Positions 1 to 10,904 of a stretch of DNA of 64,000 nt are shown piece by piece. The notes below the pieces were generated by a model that made no database searches, was not told the origin of the DNA, and saw only the letters and a list, made by a program, of their open reading frames with translations. Source of the stretch: Polyangiales bacterium (GTDB lineage: Bacteria; Myxococcota_A; Polyangia; Polyangiales; JADJQN01); NCBI GenBank assembly GCA_964202905.1, contig CAXNJO010000007.1, positions 96,001-160,000 of the forward strand, given 5' to 3'. The translations under genes were made by a program, and so were the position numbers. Position 1 is the first letter of the stretch. Each line of letters begins with the position of its first letter.

Positions 1-70
1 TGCGCGCGGTCATCCCCGCACCCGCCGCGTTCTCGTCCGCGCCGGGCGGTCCGAGCGGGCCGGGCTGACG

Positions 71-2472
71 ATGCCGGGGCCCGTCGAGCGGCCGCAGCCC
101 GCAGACACGCGCCCCTCCGCGGGGCCGCGATTCGACGTGCGCTTCGAGCCGGCGGGCGGGCTGCTCGAGCTGGCGCGGCCGCTCACGATCGGCGCGGCGA
201 CGGTCGAGGTGCTCTCGCTCTCGCTGGGGAAGATTCGTTTTCCGCTCGCGCTCGGGGGCGGACCCGCGCGCTTCCGGACGCGGCGCACGGCGGCGCGGCG
301 GGCCCGCGTCCGGGTCGACCTGCGTGCGCTCTCGGCGGCGTGCGCGGCCGCGGGTGTCCCGCTCGCCTTCGTCGGTACGACGCGGCGCGGCGAGCTGCGG
401 TGCGCGCTCCGCGACGCGTCGGGGGTGCTCGCGTTCGAGCTGGCGCTCGTCGCGGATGGCGCGGATCTCTGCGCGCTCCTGCGTGGTGCGCGGGCTGCCG
501 CCGACGGTCCGGCGCCCGCGACGGCGCGGGTGCTCGCTGCGTTGCGCGGGCTCGGTGTCGCGCTCGACGCGGGTACGGGGCTGCTGCGCTTGCGCCGGCC
601 GTTGCGCCTCGTGTTGCGGGAGGCGCTCGCGGGGCATGGCTGGCGCGTCCCGGATGAGCGGGGCCTGCGCCTCGCGGCGCCTGCGCTCGACGGGCGCGCG
701 CTGGTGCTCGCGAGTGCCGCGGAGCCGCCGCGCGCGGCCGTGTCGCAGGGCGGGTCGATGTCGCGCGAGGTCGACGACGAGCTCTCGTTGCGAGAGTCCG
801 GGCGCGGGCTCGCGACGGCGCTCACCGCGCTCGAGGAGGGCGACGAAGCGCGGGCGCGCGCGTGCCTCGCGCGGCGCGACGAAGACGGCGGACCTGCGGC
901 GGGCGAGCTCGCCGCGGCGCTCGCCGTCGACGCGGGCGATGCGCACGCGGCCGCGCAGGTCGCCATGCTCGCGCCGACCGGCGAGGACCTCCCGGCGCAG
1001 GCGCTCGCGGCGACGCTCGCGCTGCGTCTCGCGTTGCGGGCGGGCGACGTGGACGCTGCGGCGAGCGCGGCGCGGCGCGCGACGCGGCCGAGGCCTCCGG
1101 CGAGGCAGCCGCCGAGGTGCTGCGCGAGGCAGCGCGCGCGTGCGACGAGGCCCGCTCTGGCGTGCGCGCGGAGCTCCTCGCCCGCGCGGCGGCGCGTGCC
1201 CCGCACGACGCGGCGCTCGCGGGGGAGGCGATCGCGGCGGCGGTCTCCGTGGGCGAATGGCACGAGGTCGAGGCCACCGCACGGCGCGTCCTCGGGGGGC
1301 TCTCCGACGCGGGCGCGCGGGTCGCCGTCCTGCGCGGGGCGGCGCGCGCGGTCATCGACGACGCCGCCGCCGCGCGGCTCGCGCTGCCTAGGACGAAGCG
1401 CTCGCGCTCGCGCCCGACGACCTCGATGCTGCTCGAGGTCGCAGCGCGCGCGTGCGACGGCGCGCGGTGATGCCCCGGGCGCGATCTTGCTGCGCGATCG
1501 CGCCGCGGACGTTGCGGTCGCCGCGGGGGACGCGGACGCGGCGGTGCGATGCTCGCGCGCGCCGCCACGCTCGCCGTCGCCGCGGGGCGGGCCGCCGGTG
1601 CGCTCGAGCGTCTCGCGCGGGCGGCCGCCCTCACGCCGAGCGACCCCGCAGCGCTCGTCGCGCTCGCGGCGGCGTGCGTGCGCGCGGGCGCCATCGAGGG
1701 GGCCCTCGACGCCTCCCGGCGCCTGCTCTCGGTCGGCCCCGGGCGTGCCGAGATCGATGCCCTCGTCGTCGCGGCGCGGCTGCATCTCGCGCGCCGCGAG
1801 GCCCGCGAGGCCCGCGCGTTCTTCGAGGCGGCGCGACGTCTCGACCCGGCGCACGCGGCGCTGCCCGACCTCGGGCTCGAGGTCGACGCCGCCGTCGCCG
1901 ATGGCTGGCTCTCCTCGCCGGGGGCCCTCCGCGCGATCGACGTCTTCGCGCTCGCGGGGGTCGCGCGCGACGCGTCGGACCCCGCGGCCCTCGTGCGCTC
2001 GGTCCTCGATGGACTCGCCGGCGCGGCGCCCGCGGCCGAAGCCCCGTCGCTCGTGGCTGCGGGGCGTACCGCGGCGGAGCGCCTCCAGGCCGTGGATGCG
2101 GCGCCGCTCCTGCGTGCCCTCGCGGACGCGGCCGCGCAGGTCGCCGCGCACCTCGCCGACCCGAGCGATCTCGCGGCGCTCGAGCCCCACGCGACGTCAG
2201 TCGATGCACGCGCGGCGCTCGCGCAACGTCTCGGACAGGTGTTGCGTGGCGCGGGGCAGGGGGGCGCGGCGGCGCGCGCGCTGGCGCGGGCCGGCGTCGT
2301 GCGGCGCGACGCGGCCACGCTGCGGGCGGCCATCGAGCTGGCCGTGCGCGCGGAGGCGTGGGACGACGCCGCGTCGGTCGTGCGCGAGGCCCTCGAGGTC
2401 GTGGGCGACGGCCCAGCCCGCGCGCACCTCGTCGCGCGTGCGGCCGCCATCGCCGCCAAGCAGCGCGCCTGA
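71..2472 (+). CDS. Large Ala-rich hypothetical protein with TPR-like helical C-terminal half; several apparent frameshifts
   Basis: Protein-like sequence runs in ORF 71 to ~1090, moves to the frame of ORF 862..1470, then to ORF 1549..2472 (ALERLARAAALTPSDPAALVALA..., TPR-like). Confidence 0.5.
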
Positions 2473-2479
2473 GCGGCCC

Positions 2480-4144
2480 ATGCGGCCTCTTCGCGACTCC
2501 GGGCGCGCGAGCGAGCCGTACCGCCGCCATCTCCGCGAGGCCGCGGCCGGCGCGCCCGTCGGCCGCGTGGCTGCGCCAGTCGCTCGCATCGCGCGCGCGG
2601 CGTCGCCTTCGCGCCGCGTCGAGACCTCGCCATCGCGCTGCATCACGGCGTGCCTGAGCGCGTGCGTGCTTCTCCTCGGCTGCGGCGCGCGCACGTCCCC
2701 GCTCCCCGTCGCCGCAGCGCCGGGGGACGCCGGACTCGTCGTGGACGCGGGGCCCGGCGACGGCGGTGGACGTGCCGACGCCGCACCGCCCGACGCCGGT
2801 GCGCCGCGCGCGTGCAGCGCCGATCGGGACTGCGCCGGCGGGACGGTCTGCCGCGCGGACCTCGGCGAAGGGCCCGTCGATCTCGCGCCCGTGCCGCTCG
2901 CGTGCGCGACGCGCACGGCGGGGGCGGCCGCGGACGACGCTGCGTGCGACGGGGTCGACGGCACCGGCTGCGCGCGCGGGCTCTGCGTCGTGGCGGGGAC
3001 CTGCGTCGCGCCCTGCATCGACGACGCCGATTGCGCCGCCGAGGCGCGCTGCGCGGAGGTGTACGCGCGCACCGGTCCCGCCGCGCTGCAGCCGCTGCGC
3101 GCGTGCGTCCCGCTCCTCGCGGCGCCGCCCGACGTGCGCGTCCGCGTCGATCGCGCCGTCGCCGAGGTGCGGGGCGGCGATGTGCCCGTCGACGTCGCGC
3201 TCCCTCACGAGGCGCCGGTCACCCTCGCCGTGTTCTCGTCTCCGCGCAGCCTCGCGCTGCTCGCGCCCGCGCTGCGCGGCCCCGATGGCGCGACCGTCTT
3301 CGACCTCGACGCGCTCGCGCCCGGCGCGCCTCCGCCGCGCAGCCCGATCAACCCCTTCGGGGCACCGCTCACCGTGCTGCTCCCGGCGGCCGACGATGCA
3401 GCCCCGGGCACGTACACGCTCGCGCTCGCCGCGGGGTCGCGCACGGCGATCGACCGCGTCCTGCTCGCGCGCGACCTGCGCGGGCGCACCCTCGATCTCG
3501 ACCTCTACCTCGTCGCGGGCCGCTTCGCCGGGCGCGGCGATGGCGGGCTCGTCCCCGCGCTCGCGGAGGCCCTCGAAGTCTTCCGCGCGACGTACGCCGA
3601 GGCGGGCATCGCCGTCGGCGAGGTGCGCACGCACACGCTCGTCGGCGGGCTCGCGCGCCGCTTCGGGGTGATCGAAGGCGACGGCAGCGGCGACCTGCCG
3701 GAGCTCGGCCCGCTCTTCGCGCTCACGGCCGGCGCGCGGGGCCCCTCGGTGAGCTGGTTCTTCGTGCGCGACGTCGAGGGCGCGCTCGGTGTCTCGGGCG
3801 GCGTCCCCGGCGCGCAGTGTCTCCCCGGGACGGCCGCGAGCGGCCTCGTCGTGAGCGGCGACCTGCTCGGCGGCGACGTCGCGCTCGAGAGCGTGCTCGT
3901 CCACGAGACAGGGCACTTTCTCGGGCTCTTCCACACGAGCGAGCGCGACGGCACCGTGCTCGATCCGTTCGAGGACACGCCCGCGTGCGGCCCCTCGCGC
4001 GACGTGGACGGCGACGGTGCGCTCGTCTACGCGGAGTGCCTCGGTGCGGGCGCCGAGAACGCGATGTTCTGGGGCGCCCGGAATGAACGGCGATTCAGTG
4101 AGGCGCAGCGCGCGCTGCTCGGACGCGCGCTCGTGCTGCGCTGA
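2480..4144 (+). CDS. Lipoprotein zinc metalloprotease (metzincin, M43/pappalysin-like) with Cys-rich N-terminal repeats
   Basis: Lipobox-like VLLLGC; Cys-rich modules (CSADRDC, CIDDADC); HETGHFLGLFH = HExxHxxGxxH; Met-turn-like NAMF. Start approximate. Confidence 0.75.
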   Translation: MRPLRDSGRASEPYRRHLREAAAGAPVGRVAAPVARIARAASPSRRVETSPSRCITACLSACVLLLGCGARTSPLPVAAAPGDAGLVVDAGPGDGGGRADAAPPDAGAPRACSADRDCAGGTVCRADLGEGPVDLAPVPLACATRTAGAAADDAACDGVDGTGCARGLCVVAGTCVAPCIDDADCAAEARCAEVYARTGPAALQPLRACVPLLAAPPDVRVRVDRAVAEVRGGDVPVDVALPHEAPVTLAVFSSPRSLALLAPALRGPDGATVFDLDALAPGAPPPRSPINPFGAPLTVLLPAADDAAPGTYTLALAAGSRTAIDRVLLARDLRGRTLDLDLYLVAGRFAGRGDGGLVPALAEALEVFRATYAEAGIAVGEVRTHTLVGGLARRFGVIEGDGSGDLPELGPLFALTAGARGPSVSWFFVRDVEGALGVSGGVPGAQCLPGTAASGLVVSGDLLGGDVALESVLVHETGHFLGLFHTSERDGTVLDPFEDTPACGPSRDVDGDGALVYAECLGAGAENAMFWGARNERRFSEAQRALLGRALVLR

Positions 4145-4147
4145 GCG

Positions 4148-4981
4148 TCAGAGCGCCATCGCTTCGCAGTGCCCGGCGACGCAGCGCGCGACGACCGTGT
4201 CGGGATAGGTCGGGAGGCACTCCGGACACGCCGCGCCCATCGGGCAGACGAGCGACTCGTACGTCTCGCTCGAGGTCGTCGACACGGCGGTGTAGCGCTC
4301 GTCGCCGCCGCACTCGCAGCACGACGTGGTGCGGATGCGGCAGTCCGTGTCGATGGCGCACGCGGTGAGCGCCTCCATGCGCACGTCGACGACCTTGCAC
4401 TGCCCCGCGGCGCAGGTCGGCACGAGCTCCGGGACGTCGAAGCTTGGGCAGCGCGGGCAACCGACCGAGGGGGGGGTCGGGCAGACCTCGTTGTAGTGGT
4501 CTTCCTCGCGGCCCATCCGCACGCCCACGACGTCGGTGATCGTCGGTGCGCCGCAGACCGCGCAGCAGCCGACGGGGTTGATCGCACACTGCCCCTGGTC
4601 GGTGCAGGCGGCCCAGTCGGGCGCGCCGCCGTCGGGCGTCGCCGCGTCGGGCACCGACGCGTCCGCGACGACGCCACCGTCGCCGCAGAACGTCGCGCAG
4701 GCGGTCTCGTCCACGCTGTAGGGCGGGCAGATCCACGGGCAGCAGCCGCCCGTGCAGGTCGCGCCGAGCACCGACTCCACCACCTCGTCGCAGCCGCACG
4801 TGGCCATCGTGCGGCACACCGGGCGCGGTCCATCGCAGGGCGGCGGCGAGTTCATGTCGACGCCGAGATCGCGCGGCACGGGCGGCGGCTCGTCGTCGTC
4901 ATCGCCGCAGGCCGTCAGCGAGAGCGGCGCGAGGAGACAGAGTGCGAGGGTGAGGGGCAGGCGAAGGGCGCGCAGCGTCAT
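4148..4981 (-). CDS. Cys-rich lipoprotein with duplicated C-x-x-D-x-x-C...CC modules
   Basis: Signal peptide with LTAC lipobox; about 30 Cys; two similar modules (ACTDQGQC...CC, ACAIDTDC...CC). Confidence 0.75.
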   Translation of the reverse strand: MTLRALRLPLTLALCLLAPLSLTACGDDDDEPPPVPRDLGVDMNSPPPCDGPRPVCRTMATCGCDEVVESVLGATCTGGCCPWICPPYSVDETACATFCGDGGVVADASVPDAATPDGGAPDWAACTDQGQCAINPVGCCAVCGAPTITDVVGVRMGREEDHYNEVCPTPPSVGCPRCPSFDVPELVPTCAAGQCKVVDVRMEALTACAIDTDCRIRTTSCCECGGDERYTAVSTTSSETYESLVCPMGAACPECLPTYPDTVVARCVAGHCEAMAL

Positions 4982-5079
4982 GCGCGCAAGACTGCCACAG
5001 TCCTGCGCCCGACGCGGTGCTCTGCGCGGTGAAGGAGCACGGCGCGCGCCGCGGCGACGGGCTACCCTCGCGGCGTCGC

Positions 5080-7056
5080 ATGACCCTCGTCCCGCTGCGC
5101 CGCGCCCGTGATGCCTCTCCGCGGGATCTCCGCGCGTTCCTGCCCACCACCCGTGAGGAGATGCGCGCGCGCGGCTGGGACGCGCTCGACATCTTGATCG
5201 TGAACGGCGACGCGTACGTCGATCACCCCGCGTTCGGCGCGGCGCTCATCGGGCGCTTCCTCGCGGGGCGCGGCTACCGCGTCGGCATCGTCTCGCAGCC
5301 ACGCTGGGACACGACGGAGGACGTGCTGCGCATGGGCGCGCCGCGGCTCTTCGTGGGCATCACCGCGGGCAACCTCGACTCGATGCTCAACAAGCTCACC
5401 GCGCAGAAGAAGACGCGCGGTGAGGACCAATACTCGCCCGACGGCGCGACGAACATGCGCCCGAACCGCGCGAGCATCGTCTACGCGAACCTCGTGCGGC
5501 AGGCGCTGCCCGGCGTGCCGGTCGTGCTCGGCGGCATCGAGGCCTCGCTGCGCCGCATCGCGCACTTCGACTACTGGTCCGAGCAGGTGCGCCGCGCGAT
5601 CCTCCTCGACGCGAAGGCCGATCTCCTCGTCTTCGGCATGGGCGAGCGGCCCATCTGGGAGATCGCCGATCGCCTCGCGCGCGGCGAGTCCATCGCGGCG
5701 CTCCGCGACGTGCGCGGCACCGCGCACGTGCGCAACAAAGGGGAGTGGGAAGATCTCTCTCGCTCTCGCTTCGTGCGCGACGGCAAGGTGCTGTTCTTGC
5801 CATCCTACGAGGAGGTGAGCGCGCAGACGCCCGAGGGCCTCGACGCCTTCCGCGAGATGTCGCGCGCCTTCCAGTACGAGACGAACCCGGGCAACGGCCG
5901 GCCCATGGTGCAGCCGCACGGCGCGCAGGCCGTCTACTTCAACCCGCCCGCGAAGCCGCTCGAGACCGAGTTCATGGACGGGCTCTACGACCTGCCGTTC
6001 ACGCGGATGCCGCACTGGTCGTACACCGCGCGCATCCCCGCCTACGAGACGGTCAAGCACAGCATCGTGACGATGCGCGGCTGCTTCGGCGGCTGCACGT
6101 TCTGCTCGATCACCGAGCACGAGGGCCGTGTCATCCAGTCGCGCTCGGCCGAGAGCGTGCTCCGCGAGGTGCGCGCGCTGCGCCGCATGGAGGGGTTCCA
6201 CGGCGTCATCAGCGACGTCGGCGGGCCGACCGCGAACATGTACCAGATGCGTTGTCGCGACGAGCGCATCGAGAGCGCGTGCCGGCGCCTCTCCTGCGTG
6301 CACCCGGGCATCTGCGAGAACCTCGACACCGACCACGCGCCGCTCATCGATCTGCTCAAACAGGTGCGCACCGAGAAGGGCGTGAAGAAGGTCTTCATCG
6401 CGAGCGGCGTCCGCTACGACCTCGCCGAGCGCAGCCCCGAGTTCGTCACGCAGCTCGCGCGCCACCACACGGGTGGGCAGCTCTCCGTCGCGCCCGAACA
6501 CGTCGACGAAGACGTCCTCGACAAGATGAAGAAGCCCGGCGTCGAGAGCTACGACCGCTTCGCCGCGATGTTCCACTGCGCGAGCGACGAAGCCGGCAAG
6601 GACCAGCAGCTCGTCCCCTATTACATCAGCGGGCACCCCGGCTCGACGCTCGAGTCGATGATCGACCTCGCGACCTACCTGAAGGCGAACCACATGCGCC
6701 CGCGGCAGGTGCAAGACTTCATCCCGACGCCGATGTCGATGGCGACGTGCATGTATTACACGGGCAAGGACCCGTTCACCGGCGCGCCTGTCTACACGGC
6801 GCGCGTGCTCCGCGACAAGCGCATGCAGAAGGCGCTGCTCCTCTACTGGGATCCGGCGCACCACGACCTCGCGCGCGAGGCGCTCGTGAAGGCCGGGCGC
6901 CGCGACCTCATCGGCACCGGGCCGCGCTGCCTCGTGCCGCCCGCGACGGGGAAAGGCTCGCTCTCCATCCACGACAAGCGTCGGGTCGGCGTGGACGGGC
7001 GCCCCCCGCGCGTGAAGCGACGCCCCGGCGCGCCGCGGCCGGAGCGCGGCTCGTGA
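5080..7056 (+). CDS. ygiQ: YgiQ/UPF0313 family radical SAM protein
   Basis: GDAYVDHPAFG, GNLDSM, CFGGCTFC (CxxxCxxC), DVGGPTANMY, QVQDFIPTPM motifs. Confidence 0.92.
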   Translation: MTLVPLRRARDASPRDLRAFLPTTREEMRARGWDALDILIVNGDAYVDHPAFGAALIGRFLAGRGYRVGIVSQPRWDTTEDVLRMGAPRLFVGITAGNLDSMLNKLTAQKKTRGEDQYSPDGATNMRPNRASIVYANLVRQALPGVPVVLGGIEASLRRIAHFDYWSEQVRRAILLDAKADLLVFGMGERPIWEIADRLARGESIAALRDVRGTAHVRNKGEWEDLSRSRFVRDGKVLFLPSYEEVSAQTPEGLDAFREMSRAFQYETNPGNGRPMVQPHGAQAVYFNPPAKPLETEFMDGLYDLPFTRMPHWSYTARIPAYETVKHSIVTMRGCFGGCTFCSITEHEGRVIQSRSAESVLREVRALRRMEGFHGVISDVGGPTANMYQMRCRDERIESACRRLSCVHPGICENLDTDHAPLIDLLKQVRTEKGVKKVFIASGVRYDLAERSPEFVTQLARHHTGGQLSVAPEHVDEDVLDKMKKPGVESYDRFAAMFHCASDEAGKDQQLVPYYISGHPGSTLESMIDLATYLKANHMRPRQVQDFIPTPMSMATCMYYTGKDPFTGAPVYTARVLRDKRMQKALLLYWDPAHHDLAREALVKAGRRDLIGTGPRCLVPPATGKGSLSIHDKRRVGVDGRPPRVKRRPGAPRPERGS

Positions 7057-8273
7057 TCCGCTACGCCGACGCCCTCGACGCCGTGCGCGCGTCGGTGCGC
7101 GGTGTGCCCCTCGCCGTCGAGACGCTCCCGCTCCGCGCGGCGCGTGGGCGCGTGCTCGCGGCCGACGTGTACGCCGCGATCGACGTACCGCGCTTCGCCA
7201 ACTCCGCGATGGATGGCTTCGCGGTGCGCGGCGCGGCGACGCCGGGGCGATTCGTCGTCGCGCAGCGGCTCTTCGCGGGCGACGAGGCCGGCGCGGTGGC
7301 GGTCGATGCGGCGCAGGCCGTCGAGATCATGACCGGCGCGCCCATCCCGCCGGGCGCCGACGCCGTCGCGCGGGTCGAGGACGTGCGCGTCGTCGTGGAT
7401 GGCGCGGGCGGGCTCGCGGGGGAGGGCACGCGCTCGGTCGAGGTGCCGCTCCACGTCGCGCCCGGGACGAGCGTGCGCGCGGCCGGGGAGGATTACCGCG
7501 CGGGTGACCCCGTCGCGCGCGCCGGCATGCGACTCACGCCCGAGGTCCTGCTCGCGCTCGCGCAGACGGGCACGGGCGCGGTGCGTGTGCGGGCGCGGCC
7601 GCGCGTGGCGATCGTGCCGACGGGGCGGGAGCTCGCGGAGCCGGGTGAGGTCTTGGCATCACAGGCGATGGTGTGGTCGTCGAGCCCGGTCTACCTCGCC
7701 GCCGCGCTCGAGGACGCGGGCTGCGAGGTCGTCGTGCTGCCGCTCGTGCGGGACGACGTCGCGGGCTTTGACGCCGCGCTCGCGGGCGTCGCCGACGCGC
7801 ACCTCGTGCTCACGACGGGCGCCGTCTCCGCGGGCGCGCACGACTTCGTGCCCGATGCGCTCCGGGCGCGCGGGGCGCGCGTGCTGTTCCACAAGCTCGC
7901 GGCGCGCCCGGCGAAGCCCGTGCTCTTCGCGGAGCTCGGCGCGCAGCGCGTGTTCGGGCTCCCGGGAAACCCGATCTCCGCGGCGGTCGCGTGGCGCTTC
8001 CTCGTCTGGCCCGCCGTCGCCGCGATGCTCGGCCTCGCGCCCGAGACGCCGCGGCGCGCGCGGCTCGAGGCCGACGTGCGCAAGCCCGCGGGCCTGCGCT
8101 GCTTCTACAAGGCGCGCCTCCGTGGGGACGTCGTCGCCGTCACGGCGGGGCAGGGCTCGCACCTCGTGCGGCCCCTCGCCGAATGCGACGCGTGGGCGGT
8201 GCTCCCGGAGGACATGGACGCCGTCACGTCCGGCACCGAGATCGACGTCTTCCCGCTGCAACCGCCCCGATAG
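7053..8273 (+). CDS. moeA: Molybdopterin molybdotransferase
   Basis: PRFANSAMDGFAV, IMTGAPIPPGADAV, TGAVSAG, GLPGNP motifs; GTG overlaps the ygiQ stop (GTGA). Confidence 0.9.
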   Translation: MIRYADALDAVRASVRGVPLAVETLPLRAARGRVLAADVYAAIDVPRFANSAMDGFAVRGAATPGRFVVAQRLFAGDEAGAVAVDAAQAVEIMTGAPIPPGADAVARVEDVRVVVDGAGGLAGEGTRSVEVPLHVAPGTSVRAAGEDYRAGDPVARAGMRLTPEVLLALAQTGTGAVRVRARPRVAIVPTGRELAEPGEVLASQAMVWSSSPVYLAAALEDAGCEVVVLPLVRDDVAGFDAALAGVADAHLVLTTGAVSAGAHDFVPDALRARGARVLFHKLAARPAKPVLFAELGAQRVFGLPGNPISAAVAWRFLVWPAVAAMLGLAPETPRRARLEADVRKPAGLRCFYKARLRGDVVAVTAGQGSHLVRPLAECDAWAVLPEDMDAVTSGTEIDVFPLQPPR

Positions 8274-8388
8274 ACGGGCGAATCCGGCGTGCACGTCGCT
8301 CGGAGGCTCGTCCCCGCGCCGCGGTCCTGCACGGCGCGCGGCGGGGGACGAGGTGGCGGCCCGCGTGGCGGCGCGGCGGCCCGAGGGG

Positions 8389-8487
8389 CTACTTCCCGGC
8401 CTTCTTCTCCTTCTTCTTCTGCTGCTTTTCCTTGGTCGTGAGCTTCGGCTTGTTGTCCTTCTTCGGCTTCTCTTGTCCCTTGGCCAT
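8389..8487 (-). CDS. 32-aa Lys-rich small protein MAKGQEKPKKDNKPKLTTKEKQQKKKEKKAGK
   Basis: SD GAGGAGGT (8493-8500) 5 nt before ATG; AAG/GAG-rich codons with composition unlike the flanks; TAG stop. Confidence 0.75.
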   Translation of the reverse strand: MAKGQEKPKKDNKPKLTTKEKQQKKKEKKAGK

Positions 8488-8601
8488 GGCGGACCTCCTC
8501 GTGGCGGGGATGGTAGAGGCCACGCGCACGCAAGTCGATCCGGACACGCGCGCGGCGGACGCTGGACACGCGGACGCGCCTGCGGCTAGCGTCCCGCGCC
8601 C

Positions 8602-10101
8602 ATGGGCCGACATCTTCTTGCGATCGATCAGGGCACGACGGGCAGCACGGTCGTCGTGCTCTCCGACGACGGTCGCATCCTCGGGAAGGCGACGCGTGAG
8701 TTCGCCCAGCACTACCCGAAGCCGGGTGAGGTCGAGCACGACCTCGGCGAGATCGCGGCCTCGATCGACGCCGCGCTCGCCGACGCGTACGCGGCCGCGG
8801 GCGTGTCGCCGGCGGCGTGTGCGGGCATCGGCATCACCAACCAGCGCGAGACCACGGTCGTCTGGGATCGCGCGACCGGCGCGCCCATCCACCGCGCCAT
8901 CGTCTGGCAGGATCGGCGCACGGCCGCGCGTTGCGAGGGGCTCCGCGCCGCGGGGCACGAGGCGCTCTTCCGCGCGAAGACGGGGCTCGTGCTCGATCCG
9001 TACTTCAGCGGCACGAAGCTCGAGTGGATCCTCGACGCGGTGCCGGGCGCGCGGGCGCGGGCCGAGCGCGGTGAGCTCGCCTTCGGCACCATCGACAGCT
9101 GGCTCGTGTGGCGCCTCTCGGGCGGGGCCCTGCACGTCACGGACGCGACGAACGCCTCGCGCACGCTGATTTACGACATCCACGCCGGCTGCTGGGACGC
9201 GCAGCTCGCGGCGCTGCTGCGCGTGCCCATGGCCGTGCTGCCCGAGGTGCGCTCCTCGTCGGAGATCTACGCGCGCACGCGCGGCGTCGCGGGGCTGCCG
9301 GACGGGATCCCCATCGCCGGCATCGCCGGCGATCAGCAGGCGGCGCTCTTCGGGCAGACGTGCTTCGCCGCGGGCGAGGCGAAGTGCACCTACGGCACGG
9401 GCGCGTTCCTGCTGCTCAACACGGGCACGCGCGCCGTGCCGTCGACGCACGGCCTCATCACGACCATCGCGTGGCGCCTCGGCGGGCAGACGACGTATGC
9501 GCTCGAGGGGAGCGCCTTCATCGCGGGCGCGGCGGTGCAGTGGCTGCGCGACGGGCTCGGGCTCATCCGCTCGGCGTCCGAGGTCGAGGCGCTCGCGGCG
9601 CAGGTCGAGTCGGCGGGCGACGTGGTGTTCGTGCCGGCGCTCGCCGGGCTCGGCGCGCCGCACTGGGACCCGCACGCGCGGGGCCTGATCGCGGGCATCA
9701 CGCGCGACACGCGCGCCGCGCACCTCGCGCGGGCCGCCCTCGAAGGCATCGCCTTCCAGATCGCGGATCTCGTCGACGCGATGGAGCGCGACGCGGGCAC
9801 GCCGCTCGGCCGCCTCCGTGTCGACGGCGGCGCCGCGTCGAACGCCCTGCTCATGCAGTTCCAGGCCGACGTGCTCGGCGCGCCGATCGACCGCCCGCGC
9901 TGCGTCGAGACGACCGCGCTCGGCGCCGCCTACCTCGCAGGGCTCGCGGTGGGCGTGTTCCGCGACACCGCCGACGTCGCCCGCGCACACGCCATCGAGC
10001 GCACGTTCGAGCCGCGCATCGCGCCCGCCGAGCGCGCGGCGCACCTCGCGCGGTGGCGCCGCGCCGTCGCGCGTGCGAAGAGCGAGTCGACCCTCGCATG
10101 A
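8602..10101 (+). CDS. glpK: Glycerol kinase
   Basis: [37 protein letters not shown] motifs. Confidence 0.96.
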   Translation: MGRHLLAIDQGTTGSTVVVLSDDGRILGKATREFAQHYPKPGEVEHDLGEIAASIDAALADAYAAAGVSPAACAGIGITNQRETTVVWDRATGAPIHRAIVWQDRRTAARCEGLRAAGHEALFRAKTGLVLDPYFSGTKLEWILDAVPGARARAERGELAFGTIDSWLVWRLSGGALHVTDATNASRTLIYDIHAGCWDAQLAALLRVPMAVLPEVRSSSEIYARTRGVAGLPDGIPIAGIAGDQQAALFGQTCFAAGEAKCTYGTGAFLLLNTGTRAVPSTHGLITTIAWRLGGQTTYALEGSAFIAGAAVQWLRDGLGLIRSASEVEALAAQVESAGDVVFVPALAGLGAPHWDPHARGLIAGITRDTRAAHLARAALEGIAFQIADLVDAMERDAGTPLGRLRVDGGAASNALLMQFQADVLGAPIDRPRCVETTALGAAYLAGLAVGVFRDTADVARAHAIERTFEPRIAPAERAAHLARWRRAVARAKSESTLA

Positions 10102-10904
10102 CCGACTCCAGGAAGCCGCCGAAGTCCGAGCCGACCTTGTCCGCGACGAAGCGCGAGGTGTCCATCGCGTGGGAGGCGCTCGAGGACGCGTTCGAGAACA
10201 ACGCGCCCGAGGTGCACAGCTACCTGCAGCTCTCGACGGGTGAGGTCATCCGCGTCGTCGACGGCATCGCGGACCCCGCCATGCACGCGCGCATCGCGAG
10301 CGATCCGGGCTACTTGCGCGTCGATCCGGTCTCGTCGCGCGAGCAGTACCGCTGGATGGAGCGCTTCATCGCGACGATCGAGGAGTCGGAGTTCCGAACC
10401 CGCCTCGTGCAGGCCATCGACGGCAAGGGCGCGTTCCGCCGCTTCAAGGACGTCCTCATGGCGTTCCCCGTCGATCGCGAGCGCTGGTTCACGTTCCGGT
10501 CGGAGCGGCTGCGCACGTGCATGGAGGGCTGGCTCGAGACGCACGGCATCGCGGCCATCGCGCGCCCCCAGTGGGAGGTGCCGAGCGCCGACGACGTCCG
10601 CGTGCAGGTCGACCGCGAAGAACTCGAGCGGCCTGCGCGGCGGGCCCGCGCGCAGCACGCCGAGACGCAGAACCGTCGCCTCCACGAGCTCGCGGACGCG
10701 CTCCACGCGCGTGACCTCGACGCCGCGCTCGCCTTCCTGGAGTTCCTGCGCGAACGTCGGCACGTGCCGCGCGAGCGCGGGCGAGGCGAGGGGGGCCCGC
10801 GGGACGGCGCGCTCGTCGGGGACGCGGACCGCGACGACGACCTCGACGACGATCACGACGACGCGCAGCGGGTCGCGACCGATGGTCCGTTGCAGGCGGA
10901 CTGA
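10098..10904 (+). CDS. UPF0158 family protein
   Basis: LEDAFE...[32 protein letters not shown] pattern; ATGA overlap with the glpK stop. Confidence 0.8.
   Translation: MTDSRKPPKSEPTLSATKREVSIAWEALEDAFENNAPEVHSYLQLSTGEVIRVVDGIADPAMHARIASDPGYLRVDPVSSREQYRWMERFIATIEESEFRTRLVQAIDGKGAFRRFKDVLMAFPVDRERWFTFRSERLRTCMEGWLETHGIAAIARPQWEVPSADDVRVQVDREELERPARRARAQHAETQNRRLHELADALHARDLDAALAFLEFLRERRHVPRERGRGEGGPRDGALVGDADRDDDLDDDHDDAQRVATDGPLQAD

Noticed and set aside
71..4144. Single 1357-aa protein from the ORF track
   Set aside because: The middle is Arg/Ser-rich off-frame sequence. It is an artefactual join of a frameshifted gene and a separate metalloprotease.
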